DNA from: an uncultured Methylomirabilota bacterium | GTDB lineage: Bacteria; Methylomirabilota; Methylomirabilia; Methylomirabilales; 2-02-FULL-66-22 | DNA: 64,000 nucleotides | Assembly (NCBI GenBank): GCA_963705305.1 | Contig: OY970067.1 | Span: forward strand, 1,152,001 to 1,216,000 | Direction: 5' to 3' | Shown: piece by piece, positions 1 to 9,601 of the stretch | How the letters are laid out: every line of letters starts with the position of its first letter | How positions within the stretch are numbered: the stretch's first letter is position 1 | Notes under the pieces: model-generated | Databases searched by the model: none | Seen by the model: only the letters and a program-made list of their open reading frames with translations | Told to the model about the DNA's origin: nothing | Program-made: the position numbers and the translations under genes

Positions 1-275
1 AGCGTCAGGCCCGCCACCAGCAGGAAGAGGAGGTCGAAAAAGCGGGCGTAGGTATCGACGGCCAGCATCCCGCCGAACAGGGTCTGGGGCGCCCCGCCCT
101 GCGCCAGGACCGCCAGCGCGGCGGCGGCAATCCCGCCCAGACTCAGGACGACCAGGCCCTCGCGTCGGCCCGGCGCCGTCAGCGGGTCCAGGATCAGCAC
201 CAGGAGCCCCGTCCCCGTGAGGACGAGGAGAGGCATCATGCCGCCCCACGAAATCAGGGGAAAGCTAACGCCCAT
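1..275 (-). CDS. nuoN: NADH-quinone oxidoreductase subunit N, 5' part (runs off window edge), cluster 1
   Basis: Translated by hand: MGVSFPLISWGGMMPLLVLTGTGLLVLILD...GMLAVDTYARFF; overlaps the nuoM stop. Confidence 0.9.
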   Translation of the reverse strand, partial: MGVSFPLISWGGMMPLLVLTGTGLLVLILDPLTAPGRREGLVVLSLGGIAAAALAVLAQGGAPQTLFGGMLAVDTYARFFDLLFLLVAGLT

Positions 276-1878
276 GCGTCACCTCACCCGCTGCCAGCCG
301 GATCGGGGCCGCAGCCGCCGCGACCCGCCGCGGGGCCGTTTCGTTCGCCCGGGGCGAGGGGGCCAGGGCCGACGGCGGGCCCGGCCGCTCTACGGCGTGG
401 ACGCGTGTCAAGAGCTGGGTCACCGAGGCCTCCGTGGTTCTCAGGAACGGCCGGGGATAGACGCCGATCCAGACGATGAGCAGAACGACCGGAACCAGGA
501 CCGCCACCTCCCGCGCCGTCAGGTCGGGCAGGCGGCGGTTGGCTTCGCGAGTCAGCGGCCCAAACATCGTCCGCTGGAACATCCAGAGCATGTACACCGC
601 CGCCAGGATGACCCCCGACGTCGCCAGGACCGCGTAGACGAGGTGGACTCGGAAGACGCCGACCAGGATCAGGAATTCGCCGACGAAGCCGTTCAGCCCC
701 GGCAGCCCGATGGAGGAGAGCATCACAATGAGGAAGAAGGCCGTGCAGAGCGGGATCGCCCGGGCCAGACCGCCGAACTCCTCGATCAGGCGCGTGTGCC
801 TCCGCTCGTAGATCATGCCCACGATCAGGAAGAGCGCGCCCGTGGAGAGGCCGTGGTTGATCATCTGCAGGATCCCGCCCTGCACCCCTTGCGTCGTGAG
901 GGCGAAGATCCCCAGCATGACGAAGCCCAGGTGGCTGACGGAGCTGTAGGCCACCAGCTTCTTGAGGTCGGGCTGGACCATGGACACCAGGGCGCCGTAG
1001 AGGATACCGATGATGGCCAACCAGGAGAACAGCGGCACGAAAAAGCGCGTGGCCTCCGGGAACAGGGGCAGGGCGAAGCGCAGGAACCCGTAGCTTCCCA
1101 TCTTCAGGAGGACCCCGGCCAGGATCACGGAGCCGGCCGTGGGAGCCTCCACGTGGGCGTCCGGAAGCCAAGTGTGGAACGGAAACATGGGGACCTTGAT
1201 GGCAAAGGCCACGGCGAAAGCCAGAAACAGCCAGACCTGGGTCCGGAATGGCAGGCTCAGGCTGAAGAGCTTGAGCAGCTCGAAGGTGTGCTCGCCGCCC
1301 GGCCGGGCCCCGCTGAGGGCGTACAGGGCGATGATGCCCACCAGCATCAGGACCCCTCCCGCCATGGTGTAGAGGAAGAACTTCAGCGTGGCGTAGATGC
1401 GCCGCGGCCCGCCCCAGATGCCGATCAGGAAGTACATGGGGATCAGCATCCCCTCCCAGAAGATGTAGAAGAGGATCAGGTCCAGGGCCACGAAGACCCC
1501 CAGCATCCCCGTCTCCAGAAGGAGCATGCAGACCATGTACTCCTTCACGGCGGTGGTGATGGCGGAGTAGGAGGACAGGATGGCGATAGCCGTGAGGAAG
1601 GTGGTGAGTAGGACCAGCAGGAGGCTGATCCCATCCACGCCGACGAGGTACTGGATTCCCATGCTGGGGACCCAAGCTGCGCGCTCCACAAACTGCATCC
1701 CCGGCTCGTCAAGCCGGAAGCCGGCGTACAGCCCCAGGGACGCCAGGAAGGTGAGGAGCGAGACCCCGAAGGCCAGGTGCTTAATGGCCGCTTCCCGCCG
1801 CCGGCTCACGCACAGCAGGAGCAGCGCCCCCAGGAGCGGGAGGAAGGTCACAATGGAAATGACGGGGAGGTCGCTCAC
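265..1878 (-). CDS. nuoM: NADH-quinone oxidoreductase subunit M
   Basis: FWEGMLIPMYFLIG, KVPMFPFHTWLPDAHVEAP, LLKMG motifs. Confidence 0.96.
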   Translation of the reverse strand: MSDLPVISIVTFLPLLGALLLLCVSRRREAAIKHLAFGVSLLTFLASLGLYAGFRLDEPGMQFVERAAWVPSMGIQYLVGVDGISLLLVLLTTFLTAIAILSSYSAITTAVKEYMVCMLLLETGMLGVFVALDLILFYIFWEGMLIPMYFLIGIWGGPRRIYATLKFFLYTMAGGVLMLVGIIALYALSGARPGGEHTFELLKLFSLSLPFRTQVWLFLAFAVAFAIKVPMFPFHTWLPDAHVEAPTAGSVILAGVLLKMGSYGFLRFALPLFPEATRFFVPLFSWLAIIGILYGALVSMVQPDLKKLVAYSSVSHLGFVMLGIFALTTQGVQGGILQMINHGLSTGALFLIVGMIYERRHTRLIEEFGGLARAIPLCTAFFLIVMLSSIGLPGLNGFVGEFLILVGVFRVHLVYAVLATSGVILAAVYMLWMFQRTMFGPLTREANRRLPDLTAREVAVLVPVVLLIVWIGVYPRPFLRTTEASVTQLLTRVHAVERPGPPSALAPSPRANETAPRRVAAAAAPIRLAAGEVTHGR

Positions 1879-1943
1879 CGGTGCCGATCCCTTTCAGGCG
1901 TCCAGAGCGCCCGCTGCATCGATCGCTCGCACGCCGTTCCCTC

Positions 1944-3851
1944 TCATCCCCAGAAGGCCAGGTAGCCCAGGATGGCCACCACCCCCGCAAGGAAGCTCAG
2001 GACATAGCTCATGACATACCCGGTCTGGATCCGACGCAGCCGCTGGCTGCCGGCCTGCACCAGGTCCCCCAGGCCGTTCACCGAGCCGTCGATCACCGGC
2101 TCGTCCACCTTTCTCCAGAGCCAGAGGGCGCCGCGCCGGATGGGCTCCACGACGGCGGCCTCGTACAGCTCGTCCACCCAGTACTTGTTGAGGAGGAGGC
2201 GATACAGACCCGGCAGCCGCTCCGCCAGGAGGGTCGGCAGCTCCGGGTGCCAGACGTAGAACCGGGTGGCCGTCCAGACCCCCGCCAGCGCGATGGCCAG
2301 GGACAGGAGGGCCATGGGCAGCTGGCCCACGGCGACGACATGGCCCGAGGCCTCCACGGCGGCGAACACCGGAGCCACAAATCGCTGGTAGGAGCCGTGC
2401 TCTGGCGGCACGCCCACGAATCCCGCCAGGGCCGCGAATGCCGCCAGGACAACCAGCGGGATGGTCATGATGCGCGGCGACTCGTGCAGGTGCTGCGCCG
2501 CGGCGCCCCCCACCCGCAGGGGACCCTCGAAGGCCAGGTAGTAGCAGCGCAGCATGTAGAGTGCTGTGAGGAAGACCCCGCCCGCTCCCAGCGCCCAGAC
2601 CAGACCGTGGCCGCCGGCGATGGCCCCGTAGAGGATCTCGTCCTTGGACCAGAAGCCCGCCAGGGGGAAGATGCCGGCGTTGGCCAGGGCGGCGATGAGG
2701 AAGGTCCAGGCGGTCACGGGCATGTGGCGCCGCAGGCCGCCCATCCGGCGGATGTCCTGCTCGCCCCCCAGGACGTGAATCACCGAGCCCGCCCCCAGGA
2801 AGAGCAGGGCCTTGAAAAAGGCGTGGGTCATCAGATGGAAGATGGCCGCGGCGTAGGCTCCGACGCCGCAACCCAGGAACATGTAGCCCAGCTGCGAGAC
2901 GGTGGAGTAGGCGATGATCCGCTTGATGTCCGTCTGCACCAGGGCGATGCTGGCGGCGAAGACGGCCGTGAGCGCCCCCACCCAGGCCACGACCGTGAGC
3001 GACAGGGGGGCCAGGGAGAACAGGGGGGCCGAGCGGGCCACCATGTAGACGCCCGCCGTCACCATGGTGGCGGCGTGGATGAGGGCCGAGACCGGCGTGG
3101 GGCCCTCCATGGCATCCGGCAGCCAGACGTAGAGGGGGAGCTGGGCCGACTTCCCGGTGGCCCCGAGAAAGAACAGCAGCGTGATGGCCGTGACCAGGCC
3201 GCCCCCCACCAGAAACTTCCCGGGGGCCGCCGCGAAGACCTGGTCGTAGCGGAGCGTCCCCAGGCTGGTCCAGAGGAGCATCACCCCCAGGGCGAAACCG
3301 AAGTCCCCCACCCGATTCACGATGAAGGCCTTCTTCCCCGCTGCCGCCGCCGCCGGCCGCTCGAACCAGAACCCGATCAGCAGGTACGAGCAGAGCCCCA
3401 CCGCCTCCCAGAACACGTACAGCAGGAGGTAGTTGTTGGCCAGGACCAGCATCAGCATGGAGAAGGTGAACAGGTTGAGATACACGAAGAAGCGCGGAAA
3501 GTCTCCGTCGTCGTGCATGTAGCCCACGGCGTAGACGTGGATGAGGAAGCCCACCCCAGAGACCACCAGGATCATCACCGCCGCCAGCGGATCCAGCAGC
3601 AGGCCCCAGTCCGCCTGGAAGCCACCCGAACCGATCCAGGGGGCGAGCAACTGCTCCACCCGGCGGGCGCCCTCGGGGAGGCCGGCCAGCTCCCCGGCCG
3701 CCAGCAGGGACGCCAGCAGGGACAGACCCACGGCGCCGCAGGCGATCAGGGCGACAGCCCGCCTGGGCAGCCGCCGGCCGAAGAAGCCGTTGGCCAGAAA
3801 GCCCGCCAGAGGCCAGACGGGAATGAGCCACAGTGCGGTCAGCATGCGCAA
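1944..3851 (-). CDS. nuoL: NADH-quinone oxidoreductase subunit L
   Basis: GKSAQLPLYVWLPDAMEGPTPVSALIHAATM, FHLMTHAFFKALLFL. Confidence 0.96.
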   Translation of the reverse strand: MRMLTALWLIPVWPLAGFLANGFFGRRLPRRAVALIACGAVGLSLLASLLAAGELAGLPEGARRVEQLLAPWIGSGGFQADWGLLLDPLAAVMILVVSGVGFLIHVYAVGYMHDDGDFPRFFVYLNLFTFSMLMLVLANNYLLLYVFWEAVGLCSYLLIGFWFERPAAAAAGKKAFIVNRVGDFGFALGVMLLWTSLGTLRYDQVFAAAPGKFLVGGGLVTAITLLFFLGATGKSAQLPLYVWLPDAMEGPTPVSALIHAATMVTAGVYMVARSAPLFSLAPLSLTVVAWVGALTAVFAASIALVQTDIKRIIAYSTVSQLGYMFLGCGVGAYAAAIFHLMTHAFFKALLFLGAGSVIHVLGGEQDIRRMGGLRRHMPVTAWTFLIAALANAGIFPLAGFWSKDEILYGAIAGGHGLVWALGAGGVFLTALYMLRCYYLAFEGPLRVGGAAAQHLHESPRIMTIPLVVLAAFAALAGFVGVPPEHGSYQRFVAPVFAAVEASGHVVAVGQLPMALLSLAIALAGVWTATRFYVWHPELPTLLAERLPGLYRLLLNKYWVDELYEAAVVEPIRRGALWLWRKVDEPVIDGSVNGLGDLVQAGSQRLRRIQTGYVMSYVLSFLAGVVAILGYLAFWG

Positions 3852-3863
3852 GGCCGTCTCCGG

Positions 3864-3931
3864 CTCGAGGTTCGAGGTTCTACGTCCTCGGCAGCCAATT
3901 TCGAATTTCGAATTTCCGCTTTCGAATTCCG
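3864..3931. repeat. Degenerate 7-bp tandem repeats in the nuoK-nuoL spacer
   Basis: CTCGAGG TTCGAGG TTCTACG TCCTCGG, then AATTTCG AATTTCG AATTTCC GCTTTCG AATTCCG. Confidence 0.75.
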
Positions 3932-3935
3932 GCTG

Positions 3936-4241
3936 TCACCACTTCAGCAGGTTCAGCTCCGCCACGTCCACCGTCTCGCGGTTGCGGTAGATGGCCATGA
4001 TGACGGCCAGCCCGACGGCCACCTCCGCCGTCGCCACCGCCATGACGAAGAACACGAAGATCTGCCCGTCCATGGAGTCCAGGAAGCGGGCGAAGGCGAT
4101 GAAGCTCAGATTCACCGCATTCAACATCAGCTCGATGCACATGAAGATGATCAGGGCGTTGCGCCGCGTGGCGACACCCACCACCCCCAGGACGAACAGA
4201 TAGGCGCTCAGGATCAGATAGGCCGCCAGCGGGACTTGCAT
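3936..4241 (-). CDS. nuoK: NADH-quinone oxidoreductase subunit K
   Basis: [28 protein letters not shown]. Confidence 0.97.
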   Translation of the reverse strand: MQVPLAAYLILSAYLFVLGVVGVATRRNALIIFMCIELMLNAVNLSFIAFARFLDSMDGQIFVFFVMAVATAEVAVGLAVIMAIYRNRETVDVAELNLLKW

Positions 4242-4252
4242 GGGCTACCTCG

Positions 4253-4376
4253 ATGAAAAACGGTCAACCGACAACTGATAATGTGCAATGGCGGGACCAA
4301 GAGCCAGGGACCCTCGGGCGGCTCGCGGCTTGCCCTTCCCTCTTACATTGTCCGTTGTCCGTTTGAAATTTTTCAT
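4253..4376. repeat. Imperfect 32-bp inverted repeat built of heptamers in the nuoJ-nuoK spacer
   Basis: ATGAAAAA CGGTCAA CCGACAA CTGATAA TGT (4253-4284) vs reverse complement of 4345-4376, ATGAAAAA TTTCAAA CGGACAA CGGACAA TGT; 24/32 match. Confidence 0.7.
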
Positions 4377-4385
4377 TGGCCTGCT

Positions 4386-4895
4386 TCAGGTGAGATGCTT
4401 CTTCGCCAGCACGATCGCTCCCACGACGGCCACCAGCAGGATGACGGAGGTGATCTCGAACGGGAACAGGAAGCGCGTGAACAGGAGGCGCCCCACCACC
4501 TCAGTGGTCCCGAATCCGGGGGACAGGGGCGCCGCCGCCTGGGGCTCGGCGGCGAAGCGCCAGGACACCGCCAGGACCAGCTCCACCAGCAGGAGTACCG
4601 CCAGCACGGAGGCCAGCAGGATGCGGCGCAGGTCGTGCGGCGCCCAGGGGACATCCTCGCGGGGCAGGTTCAAAAGCATGATCACGAACAGGAACAGGAC
4701 CATGATGGCGCCGGCGTACACCAGGACCTGGACCGCCCAGACAAAATGGGCGTAGAGCAGGATGTACAGCCCGGATATGGCGCCCATGGTGACGATCAGG
4801 AACAGGGCGCTGTACAGGGCGTGCCGCTGGACCACCACCAGCAGGCCCGCCACGGCCGCCACCAGGGCCAACCCCGCGAATATCACCAGCTCCAT
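4386..4895 (-). CDS. nuoJ: NADH-quinone oxidoreductase subunit J
   Basis: VQVLVYAGAIMVLFLFVIMLL, FPFEITS; start placed at MELVIF. Confidence 0.95.
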   Translation of the reverse strand: MELVIFAGLALVAAVAGLLVVVQRHALYSALFLIVTMGAISGLYILLYAHFVWAVQVLVYAGAIMVLFLFVIMLLNLPREDVPWAPHDLRRILLASVLAVLLLVELVLAVSWRFAAEPQAAAPLSPGFGTTEVVGRLLFTRFLFPFEITSVILLVAVVGAIVLAKKHLT

Positions 4896-4896
4896 C

Positions 4897-5919
4897 TCAC
4901 CACCCCGCCGCCACCACCGCCGTGGCAATGGTGTTGAGGAGCGCCAGGGGGAGCAGCCGCTTCCAGCCGAAGGTCATCAGCTGATCGTACCGGAACCGCG
5001 GCAGCGTGGCCCGGAACCAGATGAACACGAAGAGCAGGATGAAGACCTTGCCCAGGAACCAGACGGGCGACGGCGCGATGGGGCCCAGCCACCCCCCCAA
5101 AAACAGCGTGGTGGCCATGGCCGACGCGGTGATCATGTTGGCGTACTCGGCCATGAAGAACATGGCGAATTTCATGGAGCTGTACTCGCTGTGGAATCCC
5201 GCCACCAGCTCGGTCTCCGCCTCCGGCAGGTCGAAGGGGGCCCGGTTCGTCTCCGCCAGCGCGCACACGAAGAAGACGAGGAACCCCAGGGGCTGGCTGA
5301 AGACGAACCACTTGGGCACCGGCAGGATGCCCAGCCACCAGGAGACCCCGACCTGCGCCTGCACGATCTCCACCAGGCGGAGCGACCCCACCAGGATCAG
5401 GACGCCCACCACCGACAGGGTCATGGACAGCTCGTAGCTGATCATCTGCGCCGACGAGCGCAGCCCGCCCAGCAGCGAGTACTTGTTGTTGGACGCCCAG
5501 CCCGCCAGGACGATCCCGTAGACTCCCAGCGAGGTCACGCCGAAGACGTAGAGGACCCCCACGTCGATGTCGGTGATGTAGAGCGGCACGGGTTTGGGCA
5601 AGAGTCCGAAGAGCGTCGTGGGGCCGCCCACGGGGATCACCGCGAAGGCGATGAGGGCCGGGATGATGCTCAGGCCGGGCGCCAGGAGGAACAGGATCCG
5701 GTCCACCTGGGACGGGATCAGGTCCTCCTTGAAGAACAGCTTGATCCCGTCGGCGACGGGCTGGAGCAGGCCGAAGGGTCCCACCCGGCTGGGCCCGATT
5801 CGCACCTGGATGTCGGCGATCACCTTGCGCTCCAGCCAGGTCATGTACGCCACGGCCAGGAGCAGGGCGCCGAACACCACGACGATTTTGACCAGCATGA
5901 TCATGACGGTATCGAACAT
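4897..5919 (-). CDS. nuoH: NADH-quinone oxidoreductase subunit H
   Basis: ERKVIADIQVRIGP, AETNRAPFDLPEAETELVAGFHSEYS, LPRFRYDQLM. Confidence 0.97.
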   Translation of the reverse strand: MFDTVMIMLVKIVVVFGALLLAVAYMTWLERKVIADIQVRIGPSRVGPFGLLQPVADGIKLFFKEDLIPSQVDRILFLLAPGLSIIPALIAFAVIPVGGPTTLFGLLPKPVPLYITDIDVGVLYVFGVTSLGVYGIVLAGWASNNKYSLLGGLRSSAQMISYELSMTLSVVGVLILVGSLRLVEIVQAQVGVSWWLGILPVPKWFVFSQPLGFLVFFVCALAETNRAPFDLPEAETELVAGFHSEYSSMKFAMFFMAEYANMITASAMATTLFLGGWLGPIAPSPVWFLGKVFILLFVFIWFRATLPRFRYDQLMTFGWKRLLPLALLNTIATAVVAAGW

Positions 5920-5927
5920 CTTCGCTC

Positions 5928-7574
5928 TCAGCCTTCGCCCGGCTGTCCCGCGCGTTCCGCCGTCAACGGCACGAGCCCCTGCGGCCCGATGTCCTCCCAG
6001 TGGATGCCGTGGTAAGGTCCGGGCGTGTCCGCGATCTCTTCCCAGACGTGCGCCGGATCGGGATCCCCCAGGTCCCAGCTGAGCTGGCGGGCCAGGTCGC
6101 GCAGGAAGCCGGAAAGGCTATGCGCCGCCCCCAGGGGGGGCAAGGCCCGGCGCAGTCTTTGGATGCGGCCCTGGAAGTTGGTGTAGCTCCCTTCCTGCTC
6201 GGCGAAGCCCAGCGCCGGAACCACGGCGTGGGCCAGCTCGGTCGTCGGCGTGGGGAGCAGGCCGCTCACCACCAAGAGCTCGAGCCGGCCGAGCGCCTCC
6301 CGCACCGGCAGCTCGGGCAGCTCCGCCACCAGATCCTCCTGGAAGACGAACAGTCCCTTGAGCCTCCCGTCCAGCGCGGCCCGGATCATCCCCGGAGTAT
6401 CCAGGCCGTCGGCGCCCGGCAGGATGGCCAGGTCGCGAGCCCCCCGGCTGTTCGGGGTCTTGTCCGTCCGCCGCAGGATCCCATCCTCCGAGCCGTCGGC
6501 CGCCTGGAGCTGGACGGGGCGCACCCGGTGGTCCAGGTGGGGCGCGCATTTTATTTCCTGGAAGAAGCGGCGGGCCAGGAACAGCTCCTCGTTGGTGTGC
6601 CGCGACGAGACGATGCAGCCCATCACCTTGTCCCCGTACAGGGCCACGATCCGCCGCATCTGCCGGGCCAGCCGCTGCACCAGATCCGGATAACGGATCT
6701 CGACCTGCCGCTCCCCCTCCCGCCAGCGCGACAGCCGCAGCCGGGCGGGGTCCTGCAAGGCGCCGAAGGTGAAGCGTCCCTCGTCGCACATCCACCACCG
6801 GTTGACGGCGGGGTTCTCGCGCGGCCGGATGCGCAGCAGCTCTGCCCCGTTCTGGCGATGGCGGACATCCAGGATGACGTTGCAGCCGTTGCTGCAGAGC
6901 GGGCAGACGCTCTCGGTGTGGCGCACCAGGTCCCAGGGTCGGGACTGAAACCGGTACTGCCGGGAGGTGAGCGCCCCCACCGGACACAGGTCGATCACGT
7001 TGCCCGAGTACGGGTTGTCCAGGACCTTGCCGGGGAAGACGTTGATCTCGGAGCGGTCGCCGCGCGAGAAGACCCCCAGCTCTCCCGTCTGCGGCACCTC
7101 GTGGCAGAATCGGATGCAGCGGGTGCACAGGATGCACCGCTCCGCATCGAAGATGATGTGCGGTCCCAGGACCCGGTGCTTGGTGCGCTGCACCTTGTCG
7201 TCGGTAAAGCGGCTCTCCCCCGGGCCGTACCGCAGCGTGTAGTCCTGCAGCGGACACTCCCCCCCTTTGTCGCAGACGGGGCAGTCCAGCGGGTGGTTCA
7301 GCAGGTAGAACTCCAGGACGGCCTTGCGGGCCTTCTCCACTTTGGCCGATCGCGTCGACACCACCATGCCGTCGGCCACCGGGGTGCTGCAGGCGATGGC
7401 CAGCTTGGGCATCTTCTCGACTTCGACCTGGCACATGCGGCACTGCCCCACCACGCTCAGGCCGGGATGGTAGCAGTAGTGCGGGATCTCGATCCCGGCC
7501 ATTTGGGCGGCCTGCAGGATCGTGGTCGATCCCGGCACCTCGATCTCCTTGCCGTCGATGATCAGTCTCGGCAT
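5928..7574 (-). CDS. nuoG: NADH-quinone oxidoreductase subunit G (short, 548 aa)
   Basis: CYHPGL..CRMC, HPLDCPVCDKGGECPLQD, CILCTRCIRFC, CPLCSNGC Fe-S motifs. Confidence 0.93.
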   Translation of the reverse strand: MPRLIIDGKEIEVPGSTTILQAAQMAGIEIPHYCYHPGLSVVGQCRMCQVEVEKMPKLAIACSTPVADGMVVSTRSAKVEKARKAVLEFYLLNHPLDCPVCDKGGECPLQDYTLRYGPGESRFTDDKVQRTKHRVLGPHIIFDAERCILCTRCIRFCHEVPQTGELGVFSRGDRSEINVFPGKVLDNPYSGNVIDLCPVGALTSRQYRFQSRPWDLVRHTESVCPLCSNGCNVILDVRHRQNGAELLRIRPRENPAVNRWWMCDEGRFTFGALQDPARLRLSRWREGERQVEIRYPDLVQRLARQMRRIVALYGDKVMGCIVSSRHTNEELFLARRFFQEIKCAPHLDHRVRPVQLQAADGSEDGILRRTDKTPNSRGARDLAILPGADGLDTPGMIRAALDGRLKGLFVFQEDLVAELPELPVREALGRLELLVVSGLLPTPTTELAHAVVPALGFAEQEGSYTNFQGRIQRLRRALPPLGAAHSLSGFLRDLARQLSWDLGDPDPAHVWEEIADTPGPYHGIHWEDIGPQGLVPLTAERAGQPGEG

Positions 7575-7608
7575 CGCCCTATCCTGAACGCGCCCAATCT
7601 CTTTCCCC

Positions 7609-7767
7609 TAGCAGGATGCTGAAAAACCAGTCTTCGCTCAGGCTGCTCAAAAAGGCCCAGGTGCAAGGCGCCACGTAATCCGAGGCGCGAGGCGTACTTA
7701 GCGCGTACGCCGCAGCGCCGCGGGAGCGGGGCAACGCTGCAGATGGGACTTTTTCAGCAGCCTGCTA
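7609..7767. mobile_element. Hairpin MITE, family A, copy 1
   Basis: Ends TAGCAGGATGCTGAAAA and TTTTCAGCAGCCTGCTA; central GGCGTAC..GTACGCC palindrome; homologous to 25798 and 36604. Confidence 0.85.
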
Positions 7768-9051
7768 GAACGTGCCCCGACCCGCCAGCGGGCAGGCCCG
7801 CTCCCGCACGTGCTGCTCGAACTCGTCCCGGAAGTGCTTGAGGTAGCTTTCGATGGGCATGGCCGCCGCATCGCTCAGCACGCAGATCGTCTTCCCCCGC
7901 ATGTTGTCGCACATGTCCAGGAGGAGATCCAGGTCCTCCTTGCGCCCCTGACCCTGCTCGATCCGCCGCAGGACCTTGTGCAGCCAGGCAGTGCCCTCGC
8001 GGCACTGGGTGCACTGGCCGCAGGACTCGTGGTGGTAGAATCGCGAGACGATCTCGCCCACCCGGACCATGCAGGTGGTGTGGTCCATGACGATGACCCC
8101 GCCGGAGCCTCCCATGGAGCCGGCCGCCGCCAGCGAGTCGAAGTCCATCCCCACGTCCAGGTGCTGCTCGGTGAGGACGGGGGCAGAGCTGCCACCCGGG
8201 ATCGCCGCCTTCAGCTGCCGCCCGCCGCGGATGCCGCCGGCGTGCTCGAAGATCAGCTCGCCTAGCGTGACGCTCATGGGCAGCTCGTAGTTCCCCGGCC
8301 GCTCCACGTGGCCGCTCACCGAGAAGATCCGGGGCCCGGTGCTCTTGACCGGGCCGATGCCGGCGAACCACTCCGCCCCGCGCCACAGGATGTGGGGAAG
8401 GTTGCACAGGGTCTCGACGTTGTTAACCACCGTGGGCGATCGGTAGAGCCCCACCAGGGCCGGGAAAGGGGGCTTCATCCGGGGCTGGCCGCGCTTGCCC
8501 TCCAGTGACTCGATCAGTCCGGTCTCTTCGCCGCAAATGTAGGCCCCGGCCCCCCGGTGCAGGACCAACTCCAGGTCGAACCCGCTGCCCAGGATGTTCC
8601 GGCCGAGAAAGCCCCGGCCGGTTGCCTCAGCGATGGCCCGGCCGAGAATGCGGGCTCCCTCCACGAACTCCCCGCGGCAGTAGAGGAAGGCGCGGTGGCA
8701 GCCGATGGCGTAGCTGGCCAGGACGATTCCCTCCAGCAGCTGGTGGGGGTCCTCCTCGATGAGCATCCGATCCTTGAACGTTCCGGGCTCGCTCTCGTCG
8801 CAGTTGCAGACGAGGTATTTCGACACCCCCGCACCCTTGGGGATGAATCCCCACTTCATGCCGGTGGGGAACCCGGCGCCGCCCCGGCCGCGCAGCCCGG
8901 AGCGCTTCACCGCCTCCTGCACCTCGCCCGGCTGCATCTCCCGCAGAGCCTTGGGCAGCGCCTGGTAGCCCCCCAGGGCGAGGTAGTCCTCGATCGTCCC
9001 GCGGTAGCCGGGGACGTCTTGGTATCGGGTGAGGACTTTCTCGAGCGCCAT
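7765..9051 (-). CDS. nuoF: NADH-quinone oxidoreductase subunit F
   Basis: GLRGRGGAGFPTGMKW, NCDESEPGTFKDR, ESCGQCTQCREG. Confidence 0.97.
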   Translation of the reverse strand: MALEKVLTRYQDVPGYRGTIEDYLALGGYQALPKALREMQPGEVQEAVKRSGLRGRGGAGFPTGMKWGFIPKGAGVSKYLVCNCDESEPGTFKDRMLIEEDPHQLLEGIVLASYAIGCHRAFLYCRGEFVEGARILGRAIAEATGRGFLGRNILGSGFDLELVLHRGAGAYICGEETGLIESLEGKRGQPRMKPPFPALVGLYRSPTVVNNVETLCNLPHILWRGAEWFAGIGPVKSTGPRIFSVSGHVERPGNYELPMSVTLGELIFEHAGGIRGGRQLKAAIPGGSSAPVLTEQHLDVGMDFDSLAAAGSMGGSGGVIVMDHTTCMVRVGEIVSRFYHHESCGQCTQCREGTAWLHKVLRRIEQGQGRKEDLDLLLDMCDNMRGKTICVLSDAAAMPIESYLKHFRDEFEQHVRERACPLAGRGTF

Positions 9052-9070
9052 GCCGTCGCCCCGTTCGGGA

Positions 9071-9547
9071 TCAGGAGTGCCCGTCCCGCAGCTTCTCCAG
9101 GATTCGGTCCAGGGACTCCGGGGTCACCCGCTCGTGGTAGATCCCGTCCACCTGGATGGCGGGCCCGCCGCCGCAGGCGGCCAGGCACTCCATCCGCTTC
9201 ACGGTGATGAGGCCGTCCGGGGTGGTCTCGCCCATCCGGATGCCCAGCCGGTCTTCCAGGTGCCGGATCAGCCGCTCGGCCCCCAGCAGGGAGCAGGTGA
9301 GGTTGTGGCAGACGTAGATCACGTGCCTCCCCACCGGCTCCAGGTGCAGCATGTCGTAGAAGCTGGCCACACTCATGACGTCGGCGCTGCTCAGGCCGAG
9401 GTAGGCGGCCACCCAGGCGATGGCCTCCGGGCTGAGATGCCCCACCTCCGCCTGGACCTCGTGCAGGATCGGAATGAGGGCGGACCGCTTTTCCGGGTAG
9501 CGGCCGACCAGCGCGTCGAACCGGCGTCGGGTTTCCTCGGAGATCAT
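9071..9547 (-). CDS. nuoE: NADH-quinone oxidoreductase subunit E
   Basis: CHNLTC...ECLAAC 2Fe-2S motif. Confidence 0.95.
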   Translation of the reverse strand: MISEETRRRFDALVGRYPEKRSALIPILHEVQAEVGHLSPEAIAWVAAYLGLSSADVMSVASFYDMLHLEPVGRHVIYVCHNLTCSLLGAERLIRHLEDRLGIRMGETTPDGLITVKRMECLAACGGGPAIQVDGIYHERVTPESLDRILEKLRDGHS

Positions 9548-9601
9548 GCCTTCGGCATCCGTCGCGCCGTCTCCCGGGACGGTGAGCCGTCCCGGGCGGG
9601 A

